Source: Adineta vaga
Taxonomy: Eukaryota; Animalia; Rotifera
Reading direction: 5' to 3'
Length of the DNA: 64,000 nt
Assembly: GCA_021613535.1 (NCBI GenBank)
Contig: CP075496.1
Coordinates: forward strand, 9,796,001 to 9,860,000
Below are positions 1 to 12,747 of the stretch, piece after piece. The stretch's first letter is position 1. Each line of letters starts with the position of its first letter. Below the pieces are notes generated by a model. It ran no database searches, was not told the origin of the DNA, and worked only from the letters and a program-made list of their open reading frames with translations. The position numbers and the translations under genes are program-made.

Positions 1-837
1 TAGACATTACTCACTGCGGTTTGATAATGATGGAAAAAGTTATGTCACTGATACTGGTAATCCTCGAGTTCAAAAACTTGATTTAACATTAAATTCTTGT
101 AGTAAGTTTATGTGCTAAAGTAAAGTTCTGTAATTCGTGCCAGTTGTATGCAAAAGTAATATTTTCATATATTCCGTTGATGAGAAAGATAATATTTTGA
201 TGATTTGTTGATATATGAAATCTCGTAGAAAACAACTCTTTGTACATATGAATCTGAGAAAACCTTTTTATTCGAATAATATATTTTCGAGAAATCAATC
301 AAGCATGGCATTTTTACGGATAGTACAGATACTTCTTTGTTGTCGATTGAGACTACGACAATTGCTGATACTTCACGACCGGCGTCTGCTTTCTGATTGG
401 TAATCATTTAGATACAAAATTGCCGGCAACAACAAGCCAAACAACTGAATTTACAAGTGTGTCATCAGGTACGTATCTTTTTGTATATAATAAATTGGGT
501 CTTGATCTTGTCAGAAAAGACTTCTCCCAGAATTAAACAGAGATTTGGGAATGAATACTTTTAGTAAATCCTGTCACTGAATTATATTCAACAACAGCAG
601 GTACTACTACTACTACTATTAAAACCATGATAATAACATGATAATGGTACAAATCATCTAGGATACTTTTGTTTATGTCCAACTGATTTTAATGGTACGC
701 ATTGTCAATTAGACCATTAAATTTGTTTTGGTATTCATCCAACACGTCAAGAATTAGAACGAATTCCACGATTTGTTTATATAGATCCACTTTCAACTAA
801 AGAACGAATTAATACAAGCGAAGAAACAGTTATCTAA
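1..837 (+). pseudogene. 3' remnant of an NHL-repeat/EGF-containing gene, degenerate
   Basis: 11-100 reads SLRFDNDGKSYVTDTGNPRVQKLDL (NHL repeat end) followed by gtaagt. 661-720 reads GYFCLCPTDFNGTHCQLDH* (EGF C-terminal half ending in a stop). The same frame continues ICFGIHPTRQELERIPRFVY...EETVI* to 837. Confidence 0.5.
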
Positions 838-1780
838 TTTACTTGTATCGATACGCTTTGCTTCCTATGTTACAAAAAGTCTTGTCTGTACATGTATGTG
901 TTATGTTGTGTAATAAATAATAAATTAATTTCTGATAAAACAGTTCGATGATGGTAAAAAAAGGAGTATTTGTTATTCTTTCTGACTCATGAGGGGATAT
1001 GAACGGTTATTATTTCTAATATTTATATGTATATTTTTACAGAAACGACTGAAAAATAAATACTCCTCGAGAAGCGAGATTCAATAATTCGATGTATTGT
1101 CCTAGAGACAGTAACTATATTCACACAATTGTATAGATGATATTTTCTTTTCTTCAAAACAAAAAAAAGAATTGTATTATATTTCTGCATATTTCACACT
1201 TCTTTACACTATAATTCACTTCTGAATATGTCTTTCCATGATGTGAATGTAGATATTTCGTTGATATAATATGTCATATAAAGGAGAGGAATGTCGATGA
1301 TTTCTATCGAATTTGTCATGCAAATTTCAAATATTTGTCATGTGAGAAATTATTTTTTCCAACAAAAAATTCTATTTGCATTGAATAATGCGAGAAAGAA
1401 AGAGTTTTTCATCCTCATCTTGTTTGCTGTCGAGAGAAGTTTGTTGGAAAAAAAGAACAGACTAAATGCTTTGAAAAAAAAGTTTACTTGCATTATTGTT
1501 CTTCAAATAGAGCAGACATAAATGGATGCGAGGAAGAACGAACAACAGCAATAAAAACAGCGTAATAAGAAATACCTTTGGATTGCATTAGTTCGAAAAT
1601 AACCGTACATCTCGTATGTAAATGTCGATTTTCGGTATACTCATGACTGTGTTACTATGTTAACTTCATCGACTTGTCAACAAAGTTTAAAAATCTTACT
1701 TTTCTTATGTTTTATTTATATAGTCAAACAAATCAGATTTATGTTCACATTGTGTTGAAAGTTGCTCGTCAACTACTTAC

Positions 1781-1903
1781 CTTGTCGAGATTTGAGAGCA
1801 TGGGTGAGACAAAATTCAAGCGTCCATTAGCCTCTGCAACAGATAGAGATGAAAAAGTCAGAGCAAACCCAAAGAAAATAAATATTAAAACTTCGTTCGT
1901 CAT
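1781..1903 (-). CDS. Probable first exon of a small secreted protein
   Basis: MTNEVLIFIFFGFALTFSSLSVAEA-NGRLNFVSPMLSNLDK looks like a signal peptide and is followed by a canonical gtaagt donor. Downstream exons were not resolved. Confidence 0.4.
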
Positions 1904-2084
1904 TGTAATTGACGTTGTTTTTTCGTTTTTCTTTTCTGGGTTGTTCTTTATCTTGATTGACGTGTATCTCGGTTGTTTTGCATCTTACACACTGCTAGTC
2001 GCCGAAAAAAAGCTAGTTATTTCTATACGCGTCGTAAAATGATCATCATTACACTTATGTAGATTTTAGATAGAATAATCGAAT

Positions 2085-4340
2085 ATGTTTCGTCGATTTC
2101 GACAGACTTCATCTGATGCCGAGCAACGTAGGATGATATTTGTTCAAGATTGTCGTAAAAGTACATAAAATTTGATACGTTTTATAGAACGAGCTAAGAC
2201 TGCTGCATCAAAGTTCTGTTTGATCTGTTGGTCAGACACATCTAGCTATGATATCGTTTCGGAACAACAAGTTCAAGAGTCTCCAGACGCAATTGAACAT
2301 TGGAAAACATACACAATCGATTTCAACGGAAGACAACGCAAAGGAACGGTTTTTGCACATGGTAAAAATTTCATTTTTCAACGATGTAAGATTGAAATAA
2401 TTCAATATTCCTAGGAACAAAAAAAGATTGCGAACTCGCGCAAGAGGATACATCCTCGCCATCAACGGAGGACTCTTCAGAAACAAGTAAGAATTCCTTA
2501 CAAATGTTGCTGTGCTTCCAGCCAATTTAATATTTATTGGTTTTGTCTAGAAACTAAAGGAACATCTAAGCCTACAGTAAGATCATCTCAAACAGCTGGT
2601 GGAGCTACTCCCGATATTGCTGTCGACGTGAATGAACAACCTGGTAAGAATCAATTTACATCTAACGAATCAATGAATTTCGATGAAACAAAGGAAATTA
2701 AAATACATAACAGCGATAGAAAGAGATAATTATGACTTTTATGTTTTTCTTGTAGTAAGACGCAGTAAATCAAACATACAGGATGCTCAAAATCAAATGT
2801 TTCTGAAAATCTTTCAATTAGTACTAGCCAATGCTGTTGGTGGTACTTGTGAAAATGAAGAAGTGCATAACGTGCGATGTGTTTCATGTCGTACAAAACC
2901 AATTCAAAGTGATCGTTACAAATGTTTAAATTGTGACGATATTGATTTATGTGGTCCTTGTTTTGAACGTCGTAGAGAATCAAACGAACATAAAAGTGGC
3001 CATGCATTTGTACATTTTAAATCACCTGGTGAACTCTTTGGTCAAACAGTCAAGAATGATGAAGTGACATATGTTAAATTGAAAAAACTGTACGGTAATG
3101 ATGTGCATGAATCAATTTGTTGCGATGGATGCAAAGCAGAAACGATTAAAGGTTTACGTTTCAAATGTGATTCATGTCCAAACTATGATCTATGTCAACG
3201 ATGTGTTGATAATGGTGTTACGACAAAAAAACATGAAACTTCTCATTCACTTATTATTGTAGCACGTCGAGCGATTCAACAAATTCCAGCTGAAGATATA
3301 GAACTAGGAGATGAACTTGGAAGTGGTGCATTTGGTATGTAAACTAAACAACTATATTTTCTAAAATATTTTCTTATATATTTGTCTGGTCGCTCTCAGG
3401 GTCTGTGTACAAAGCTCGATGGATATCAAAAAAACGTCCAGTGGCATGTAAAGTCATTACGGTACCACAATCAGATAATGCCGAACGATTAGAAAAAAGC
3501 TTTTTGAAAGAAATAGCTGCTTATTCCGAACTTTCCGGTGCTTACATTCTTAAAACATACGGATTTACTGCTTCTCGATATGGTCCGAGTAAGAAATACA
3601 TGCTCATAATGGAATATATGTCTCGTGGAAGTCTTGCCAATGTGATTAAACAAAAAGGTGATCAATTATCTTTACGACGCAAACTTGACATAGCTAGAAA
3701 TATTGCTTGTGGTATGCGCAAAATTCATGATCATCATATGATTCATCGTGATATTCGACCAGATAATATTCTTGTGAATGAAAATTATTTAGCTAAAATT
3801 GGCGATATGGGTATCGCACGACAAGTTGATCCTATGAATCAACATACTCAAATTGGTTACCAACCATATATGCCACCAGAATTTTATAAACGTGATTATG
3901 ATCAAAAACTTGATATTTTTATGTTTGGTTTGACATTAAATGAACTTTTTACATCAAAGAAACATTCATTTCAACCATTGGCTAGTAATAGAATTGCATT
4001 TTCAGAAAAAAGTCCCGTTTTTGATGATTTAATCGCTCAGTGCACACTTTATGATCCTAAACGACGTCCAACAGCGACAGAAATTGAAAAAACGTTGGAT
4101 ATTTACAGTGCAGGTTTTAACGAAATGGTCATATCGAAAGATGCAGGTTACATGAAGTTATCAACAGAAGACAAAGATAAATCATTTATTTCATTCTATG
4201 AAAAATTTCATGAACCAGCAACGAAATTTATTCGTAAGAAATTTCCACGTGAAGTACTCGAAGAATCAACGGAAGAAGCAGGTGTTCCCGTCAATCGACA
4301 TGCAGGTGATGAAATACGTGTCGAATGTCCGATGCAGTGA
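2085..4340 (+). CDS. Tandem ZZ zinc finger + TKL-like protein kinase (about 6 exons)
   Basis: Two ZZ fingers (CVSC..RYKCLNCDDIDLCGPC; CDGC..RFKCDSCPNYDLCQRC). Kinase motifs: LGSGAFG split by an intron, VACK, HRDIRPDN, DMG, PPE. GT-AG introns join the upstream exons in frame. The protein ends CPMQ*. Confidence 0.88.
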
Positions 4341-4677
4341 GACTCATTCATGCATTTTTTTTTACAAGTAATTAAAATAGATTTTGTTGTTTAACAAAAA
4401 ATAATTTTGTTTAGAGACATAGATTACTTTTTTTCTTATTAAATTTAACGAAAAATAATAAAACAAATTTCTATTAGCATCATGTTTTTAATTTGATAGG
4501 TTCAAGAGATATTATTGCGACTTCTCATTATAGAATACATCTCTTGATGTTACATAAAATATTTTCATCAAAGACTTTCGTTAATTTAGAGTAAATAATA
4601 ATGATTATGATCTGGTTGGATTTGAGTGTACGATCTGATTTCATTTTTCAAACTTTTCAGATGTTCTAATAGAAATC

Positions 4678-5745
4678 ATGACTTCATCAACTATGACTAT
4701 GAACCAATGTGCTTCATGTCACAAGGCTAGCAGTGTATCAACATGCGATGGATGTAAACAATCCTTTTGTAGTAAACATGTTGCCGAACATCGACAACAA
4801 CTTAATAATCAGCTGGAAACTCTTATGCATGAACATGATTCCTTTCGACAAGATGTCGGTGGACGATCACCAAATCGTTCACTTCTGAAACAAATCGATA
4901 AATGGGAAAAAGAATCCATTGCTAAAATTCAAGCTGCAGCTAAAAAAACTCGAGAAGATTTACAACAGACTTTGAACACTTCGAATGAACAACTGACAAC
5001 CTTATCTCAAGATATGACCAATAGATTACGTAATGCACGTAAAGATGACAAGTTTTCGGAAATTGATCTAACTCGATGGACAAGAAAATTAAATGATCTC
5101 AAAGCACAAATGAAATACGAAGCGACTATTCAGATTCCTGAGGATAGTATATCTGCTATACATTTCATTCGAATTAAACAAGATGATACTGAAAAGAATC
5201 CAATGACAAGTACGAATATGTTAACATCAAGAATTCAAGAACGATTTGCAGAAGTGAATGGTTTAGGAACAATCGAAGATCGAGGTGCTTGTATAAAACA
5301 TGCGGATACCGATACAAAATTTGTTCATGTACGTGGTGAACAATTATATTCTCAAGGTCGACATGTCGTTAGATTTCGTATTGAGAAAGGTTCAGGATCT
5401 TATAATATATTTATTGGAATCTGTCCATCTAGTGTTGGTTTACGACAAATTCTATATCATCTAGAAGTAGTTGCTGGTTGGTTCAGTAATAGTGAAGTAT
5501 GGTTACATGGAAAATCGAATAGTAATGATTCGGAAGGGAAAGAATATCAAACGGATGATTTGAAAGTCGATGATATATTTGAATTAACAATTGATTGTGA
5601 TAAAAAACAACTGGAATTATTTCATGATCGAACAAATAAGAAACAAATTATCAATATAGATACTACTAAAGCACCTTTACCATGGCATATTCTTTTGGCA
5701 TTACGTCATCAAGGTGATTCTGTGAGAATTTTACCTAATAATTAA
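4678..5745 (+). CDS. B-box-like zinc finger / coiled-coil / SPRY-like protein (RING-less TRIM-like)
   Basis: CASC..CDGCKQSFCSKHVAEH, then a coiled coil (IDKWEKESIAKIQ), then a C-terminal beta-rich domain (GRHVVRFRIE..IFIGI..DIFELTIDCDKKQLEL). Confidence 0.75.
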   Translation: MTSSTMTMNQCASCHKASSVSTCDGCKQSFCSKHVAEHRQQLNNQLETLMHEHDSFRQDVGGRSPNRSLLKQIDKWEKESIAKIQAAAKKTREDLQQTLNTSNEQLTTLSQDMTNRLRNARKDDKFSEIDLTRWTRKLNDLKAQMKYEATIQIPEDSISAIHFIRIKQDDTEKNPMTSTNMLTSRIQERFAEVNGLGTIEDRGACIKHADTDTKFVHVRGEQLYSQGRHVVRFRIEKGSGSYNIFIGICPSSVGLRQILYHLEVVAGWFSNSEVWLHGKSNSNDSEGKEYQTDDLKVDDIFELTIDCDKKQLELFHDRTNKKQIINIDTTKAPLPWHILLALRHQGDSVRILPNN

Positions 5746-5977
5746 GCTATAATGATGAATTCATTGATGCTAACTTATTCATTTACTTTATTTCAGTTTA
5801 TGGATATACGAAAATAAATTAAAACAAGAATTCAATATTTCGTATAGTATTCATTGAAAAAATTTAGTATAAATTGTATCCTTCAGATGAGTCATTTCTT
5901 TTTTCTATCAATAAAAAGAGTATTTCTAAGGCAAATATATAGATTTATAAATCAATCTATCAGACATAATTAAAACA

Positions 5978-6988
5978 TTAAGCAATATCTAATGTTCCTT
6001 TCGGCTGTTGATCTTTATTGGCTGACATTTTTCTAGGATCCATATTTGTTAATGGTTCAATTCGATGAGGCGTGTGAACAAAGATTTGCTTAATATTTTG
6101 TCGAAAAGTCGATGAACTAATTAAATATACATAAAATGTAATCGCATGTGTACTAAAACCAAGTAAAACACATATGGTATTGACTAAATTTTCTTGTGCA
6201 ATACGTAGAGAATTTTTCTGTATGGAATTCGTTGAAACAGAATAAATTTGCCAAGTCATATTCGGCACTGATGTAATAAAGATGCCAATACTTTGAGCAA
6301 TTAACATTCGAGTCACTTGATCATACAATCGAACTCCACCACGTAGATATGTCGCTGGTTGTTGTCCTAAATTTTGCCATGTTAACATACAAAACACGAA
6401 TAAAACGCTCAATGGTAAGATACTATAATGTACGAGATTAAAATACGGCACAAAATACGCAAAAAATGGATCAACAATCGTACAAGATAGAGGTACTGGG
6501 GACGTATAATATATTGCATAAATAGAAAATACACCAGACCAAAAAATAATTGAAATAAAGATTGCCCAACGTGCTCGTTTCATTGTAATCCATCGATGTC
6601 GATGTGCGTCATGGCAAGATAGAAAATATCGATCGATTGCTGCTAAACAAACACATGTTAGGGAAACTGCACCACCAATTGTTCGTATCATCCAACGAAT
6701 TTTACAAAGAATAACAGATGTGTAAACAGGATCAATACCGGAAAAACCACGAATAACTCGAGTAAGAAGACCAGTTGTTAAAACAGTTTGACTACCGAGA
6801 AATGAAACAAGTAAAAATAATGAACTAGCCAATGTTTTTAAACTTTCAAGACGAGAAAATAAAATAACATTTATTAAATTTCCAGCAGTACCGATTACAA
6901 AGATAATTAACCCAACATAACCGAAAAGATATTCAGCAATATTAAGTAACTGAACGATGTCATTTCGACTAGTTGATGTACTATTCAT
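5978..6988 (-). CDS. Rhodopsin-like (class A) GPCR, single exon
   Basis: Seven hydrophobic segments, GN in TM1, C at the start of TM3, AAIDRY, and FYVY..SSTFR after TM7. Confidence 0.88.
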   Translation of the reverse strand: MNSTSTSRNDIVQLLNIAEYLFGYVGLIIFVIGTAGNLINVILFSRLESLKTLASSLFLLVSFLGSQTVLTTGLLTRVIRGFSGIDPVYTSVILCKIRWMIRTIGGAVSLTCVCLAAIDRYFLSCHDAHRHRWITMKRARWAIFISIIFWSGVFSIYAIYYTSPVPLSCTIVDPFFAYFVPYFNLVHYSILPLSVLFVFCMLTWQNLGQQPATYLRGGVRLYDQVTRMLIAQSIGIFITSVPNMTWQIYSVSTNSIQKNSLRIAQENLVNTICVLLGFSTHAITFYVYLISSSTFRQNIKQIFVHTPHRIEPLTNMDPRKMSANKDQQPKGTLDIA

Positions 6989-8309
6989 GTTAATATTCTA
7001 ATGAATATAATCTGAAATGAATGTTTCGTATATATATATATATATGTAGACAACTATAAGGAAAATAGAGAATTATCATAAACGAAGACATTGTTCAATA
7101 AGTATTTATTATCACGTAAAGAAAGGTCAGAGACGAGATCAAGAAATCTCTCATCGAATGACAGATTCATAAGGTAAATTAAAATGAAGAAAAAGTCTAT
7201 TTACACAAATCTACGCCTTAAATCTTATGATGTATGCTAAAAATATCATTTAAGAAATACTTTCGAAATAATTATCGATTAAAACTAATTATTCATGTCA
7301 ATGAACTTCTTGCAGATGCTCATAGACTTACTTGTAATACAATAAATGAAATACGCAAAAAGAAAGAAATTCTTAGTTTTCTAATGAAGCTGCTAAACAA
7401 GAGGAAATAGTAATAAATTATTTTTTTCTATGTCGTAGAAAAACCTAGATAATAAACTATGAAAGAGGAAGAAAGAGGACTGATGTTTTTGATCCTTCCT
7501 TTTCTCGAAGATCTTATAGAAATTAATTAATACTTCAAGAAAATATCTGCGCTTAGAGACAAATAGCTTTTAGAAAAATACTCAAAAGAAAATCTGTTTT
7601 TTTTTCGATGTGAATATATTGCTTTTAAGGAACTCATATCTAGTATATTTTCTGAAAAAATAACTATAAGATTCGCTAATTTCTAAAAAAAAGGAACAAA
7701 TCGATTAAATACGAGCTTAACTCTATGGAGATGACTTAATTTTTATATAAGTTCGTATATATATAAATAAAGAATAGAGATATGTTTTTCTTGATGATTT
7801 CAAAGCAAATAGTTTCATTTGTAATTCTCAATTAATTGAAATTTCTTATTTGTATGAAACGTCATGTAGTATTTACCATCATGTTCGTGTTTGTGCTTAA
7901 GTAAAAACTCTCTGTATGATAATGAAGCACTTGAGTGTAGTGATGGTCTATCTCGAGGTATGACGCTTCTGAAAAAGTCAAATGATGAATGATTTCAGAA
8001 TAATCCGGTACATAAACCTTAAGACGAATATCCAGACAACGTTGCCAATGAGTAATTTCCTCGAGAAAAATTACACCGATTATTCCGAGACAATTACTTG
8101 TAACTAAATCATTAGTAGGGTAACATTTTTCTGAAATTAATGATGCTTATCTTCAATATTCGTTTTGCTCATCTGATAAAGAAATATTTCTCCTTTGCCA
8201 TCAATGTCGAAGTAATGCGATGATGAACGTCATCACAAAAATAACCTGACTATTCTTTAGATGTATCAAAAGATTTGAATGGTTAAGAATTAAAACAGCT
8301 TCATCGGTA

Positions 8310-8797
8310 TCAAGGCGGCATTGATAGAAATCGATTATTCGATCCAGATCTGTTTATCTTATATATCAAACTATAATATTTGAAATGATGTGAGCTTTTG
8401 AAATATGATCTTGAGAATAGTTTTTCCTCATCTATTATTAAAGTCTGTCGATATAAACCAAGGGCAAGATCATATTCACCTTTGTTTTTATAGATGGTTT
8501 GGAGAAAGACTAGTGAGCAATTTCTTAACATATCTTTTGACTTGTTCAACTTATCCCAAATTATTGGATTTTATTTTTTAATTTCCTTTTCTTATGATTT
8601 GATATACTCTTCTATCCGAATATTCTCTTCAGTAATAGTTTTAAGTTCAATCTTTCATATGTTAAGGTGTTTATTCATGTTTATGCCTTCAGTTTCGAAT
8701 ATCACATCAAACGCAGACAAAAAATCTTTATTAGATATTTGTCGACCTCGATACATAATTAATGTATCAACTGTCATAAATTTTCTTAGATTCATCT
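8310..8797 (-). pseudogene. Decayed ART-TPR family gene
   Basis: Reads LIMYRGRQIS..FDVIFETEGI..I*KIELKT..EEYIKS*..*NPII, then the TPR-like IYKNKGEYDLALGLYRQTLII. It has several in-frame stops and lacks the central ART segment present in 20370-22595. Confidence 0.6.
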
Positions 8798-9224
8798 ATT
8801 AAAGAAGTGAAATGAATAGCTTTATTTTCGTTTTTCTTTTATACAACTATCGTTCTTTTTTGAAAAAGAAAACTATTTGCCCACTATGAATATTGAAAGC
8901 TTCTCCAGAGATTTACTTACACACCCATCCAGAAGCTTATCGACTACGTTACACAATATCTATAGGACGTCTACACAGGTAATATCAGTATCAACAAGAA
9001 ATGAATAACAACAGACAGATTTTTTCTACAAATCACGTGCTATATAAAAAATGAGACTAACGATATTATGCAATTCAATCTATTTTGACAAATAAATCAA
9101 GGATAATGTTTATAAACTCTAACAAAATGCTAAATACGTATTTGTCGTGCTATTATTTATTACACTTTCTTTTATCCGTACTAGAGTAAACCAAATTCAA
9201 TATTGTTCTTGTTTTTTCTCTTAG

Positions 9225-9883
9225 TATGTAAAAAATCCAAGTGACATCGTTTGTCAAAATACGAATAGCAAAGTTATTTCAGTCTCTATCTTCAATTCTT
9301 ACTACATCAACAACACCATCTTGAAGGTGTGTGTGTCCAAGGTATGTTGTTTACTTTAATATTATTGAATTGTCTTATATGGTAGTTCTCGATGTCAGCA
9401 ATAACAGTAAATTAGAACAAACCTAATATGATCATCTTTCATGATTCTGAAAAAATGATTTTACTTTTTAATATTGATAACGGTACTTTTTATCCGATGA
9501 AATATTTCCTTACCCTCTAATGATCGTCATCTAATAATAATTGATACTAATAATGAAAACAAAGTGACATTTTAATGTTTGAGAAAATCGTTAAAGATTA
9601 TACAGTATCACTGAATGTGTATAACAATAGTTTTACGTTCAATTCTACAACAACGAGCGATGTAAATAATGACGATAAAATAGATATTATTTGGGCGGAA
9701 AATGAAAAGAAAATGATTGGTATTTTCTATAATGGAGGTACTCTAAATTTTAGTAAAAAAACTCTATTCTATATCGTTGAAGATCCAGTACAAACAATGG
9801 TAAATGATGTCAGTAATAATGGCCGAAAAGAAATTCTCATTTTATGTAGAAGAAAACTTCAAATATTATCACTTTATTGTTAA
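9225..9883 (+). pseudogene. Degenerate FG-GAP/VCBS repeat gene, first copy of a tandem trio
   Basis: SDVNNDDKIDII and DVSNNGRKEILIL repeats. The C-terminus ILSLYC* matches those of the neighbours (LLSINCK*, LAYSITC*). The upstream part is broken by stops. Confidence 0.55.
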
Positions 9884-10575
9884 TAATTACGCACACAGAG
9901 ACAGAATATTTTTTGTGCACAATAAATATAAACATTTCATCATTTATATCTGACATTAATCCCGAAAATGTTGATTATGTATCATATTGGTCTAGGAAAA
10001 GTTTGAATAGGACCTTGTACTTCAAGTTCAATCTTCCTTTACAGAAGTAAAGCTCTTGAGAAACATCCATATCGGAAAACTAAGTTAATAAATTGATTTA
10101 AATATAAAATATTTTCTTGATCCATATGGACTTAAAATTCTAAATATAGAAAATATTTCTTCGAGGTTCAACATATTCTTAAGTAACGCATATGTCGAAT
10201 ATATAATGATAGAATGTATATTGATCTTTCGTCTATCAAAAATTTGTAGAAGCAAGATTCATGTCCAGGCGTAGATGCTTACCATGAATGACGTTAACCG
10301 TTTAAAAACAAATTTATCTTTAGAAAATATCTGTTGAAAATAGTGCTGATACGTCATCAGTGACGTTGAAACAGAATTAAATATAGAGAGAACATATTTG
10401 CACAACATAGAGCATTTCCCTTCAGATGTCTGTGCATAAAAAATGACGTATAGTTCTTATAATTTTCTTACTACTCATATGCAATAAATACCAGAGAGAA
10501 AAATAAGTACATCAGATCATTATTCTTTGAAAAAAGTTGATATCAGCAGAGAAACATTTGTCACCAATCTTCATT

Positions 10576-12100
10576 ATGAATAACCAAACGACTGCGAATG
10601 ATTCTTTAAGCGTCAGTAATATCAATTCGTTTAAAGAATTCTATATGCTGACTTTTGTTTTAAATAGATCGCATCCGTATTTACATTTTCAAATACAGTA
10701 GGAAGTGAACTATCACCAGAAGAGTATGTATAGATTTTGTTTGTGCATCAAAAAAATCGAGCATTGCTTTTTTTTCTTAGACGTGAAGAACTTCGAAGAA
10801 AAAGACTCAAACGAATTATATGTTTAGCAGTTACAATTCTTATAATCATTTTGATCAGTGTTGCTCCAGTGATTTACATTTGCGTAATAGATGTAAGCAC
10901 AACAACAACAATAAGATATTCATTATCAGAAGCACATGTAACCGTACCAAGTGCAAGATCAACAAGTAAGATTTGATTTGCTTGAAGAAAAAATCTTTCT
11001 TCTACGAAAATAAAAAAAAAACAGACAAAAATCTTTGTCTTTTTCTAGTATTCAATCAATGTAAAACAAGTTCGAGAAAGAAAATTTATCACAATGAATC
11101 AGTACATTTAATTTCAGTATGGACCGTCGATATTAATAAAGATCGTAAACCGGATATTATTGCAGGAAATAATATTGAAGAGGGAAATCTTTTGATTTTT
11201 TTCAATTTGGGTAATAATAAATTTACTAAACCAGTTATTTATCAAAGTAATACTAAACCTATGTTTATATCAACTGGTGATTTAAATGACGATGGAAAAC
11301 TTGATATTATTGTTATGAACAATCAATCAGAAAATATCACGATTTTCTTCAATGATGATCATGATAAATTCGATAATCAATTAGTTATTTCAACGAATTT
11401 AACAAATGACGATATAACGATTACTGATGTTAATCAAGATAAGAAACTTGATATTGTTCTTACGAATAAAAGAACTAATAGAATTCTTATGCTTTTAAAT
11501 GATGATCATAATACATTTCAACAACAACAAACGATATATCCCATTAGTTCTGCTACAGAAGTAATGTTACTAATTGACATGGATAATGATAATAGAATCG
11601 ATATACTTATGATTCAACAGATCGAAAATATCAAACATATTGTCGTACGAATGAATATGGATTATGGAAATTTTATCAATCGAACAACGTCTATTAATAA
11701 CGATAATTCGCATTTTTTTAAAGCTGTTGATATTAATTATGATAATCAAATTGATATTATATCAATAGGACATTCATCACAACTTCAATTTTATATAAAC
11801 TCAGGCAATGGTTCATTTAAACAACCAGTTAAATATTCAACACCATTTAATCCAGATTTTCTTTTAGTGAAAGATGTAGATAACGATCAGAAATCCGATA
11901 TTATTATCTCATCTCAAACTGCTGATCAAATAAGTATTCATATGAACACAATTAATGGAATATTTGTTGGAAAAATTAATATACCAGTTACATTTCATCC
12001 GATATGTACAGCATCGATGAATGTGAATGGTGATAACCAAACAGATCTAATTGTTTTAGGTGAACAAACAATCGAATTATTATCGATAAATTGTAAATAG
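10576..12100 (+). CDS. Type II membrane protein with FG-GAP/VCBS beta-propeller repeats (about 4 exons)
   Basis: TM segment RIICLAVTILIIILISVAPVIYICV. The last exon has about 7 DxNxDxxxDI repeats (DINKDRKPDII, DLNDDGKLDII, DVNQDKKLDIV...). Confidence 0.82.
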
Positions 12101-12747
12101 ATTAAGATGTATCTAGATAACACTATAATTATAACTATTGGGTCGATGTTAGTTTTGTGGAAAAAAAAAGAAATTCTTTGGCAGTTGTTTTTCTTTTCGT
12201 TTTTGTGTTATACTATCTCAAATAAATTTCAATCCAAATTATTCTTGAATAGGCGATGGATATTGTATTATGAAATTTGTATCATAGAAACTGGATTATA
12301 TGTTGTTTTATTGTTTTTTTAGTTTAAGCATCGACCATGACAAATAGTACGTCTATTTGATAAGAATTATTTCGTATCTGAAATCAAACATCATTTAGGT
12401 CAATATACTAAAGCAAGATTTCATGTCACTATGGATTTATTGATTAAATCACTATGTAGTATAAGATATAGTTAATTCTCTTTTAGAAATTTAATCTTTA
12501 TATCAGCTAAAGTTAACTGAAGAAAGCATAATCATTTTCAAATAAGATTTATAGGTATTTGTGATTTGAGTTAAGTATGAGGCATACTATTAGTGTATAC
12601 ATATATATATATATACATGGAAAGAGAGAAATTGATTATTGTACAAAAAAAGCTGATGTCATTTTTTGTTTTTATGAAACTAATTAATGCGAGATGGAAA
12701 TCACAAGAAATTAATTGTATCAGTTTTATTTCTGTATTTTTTTGTAG

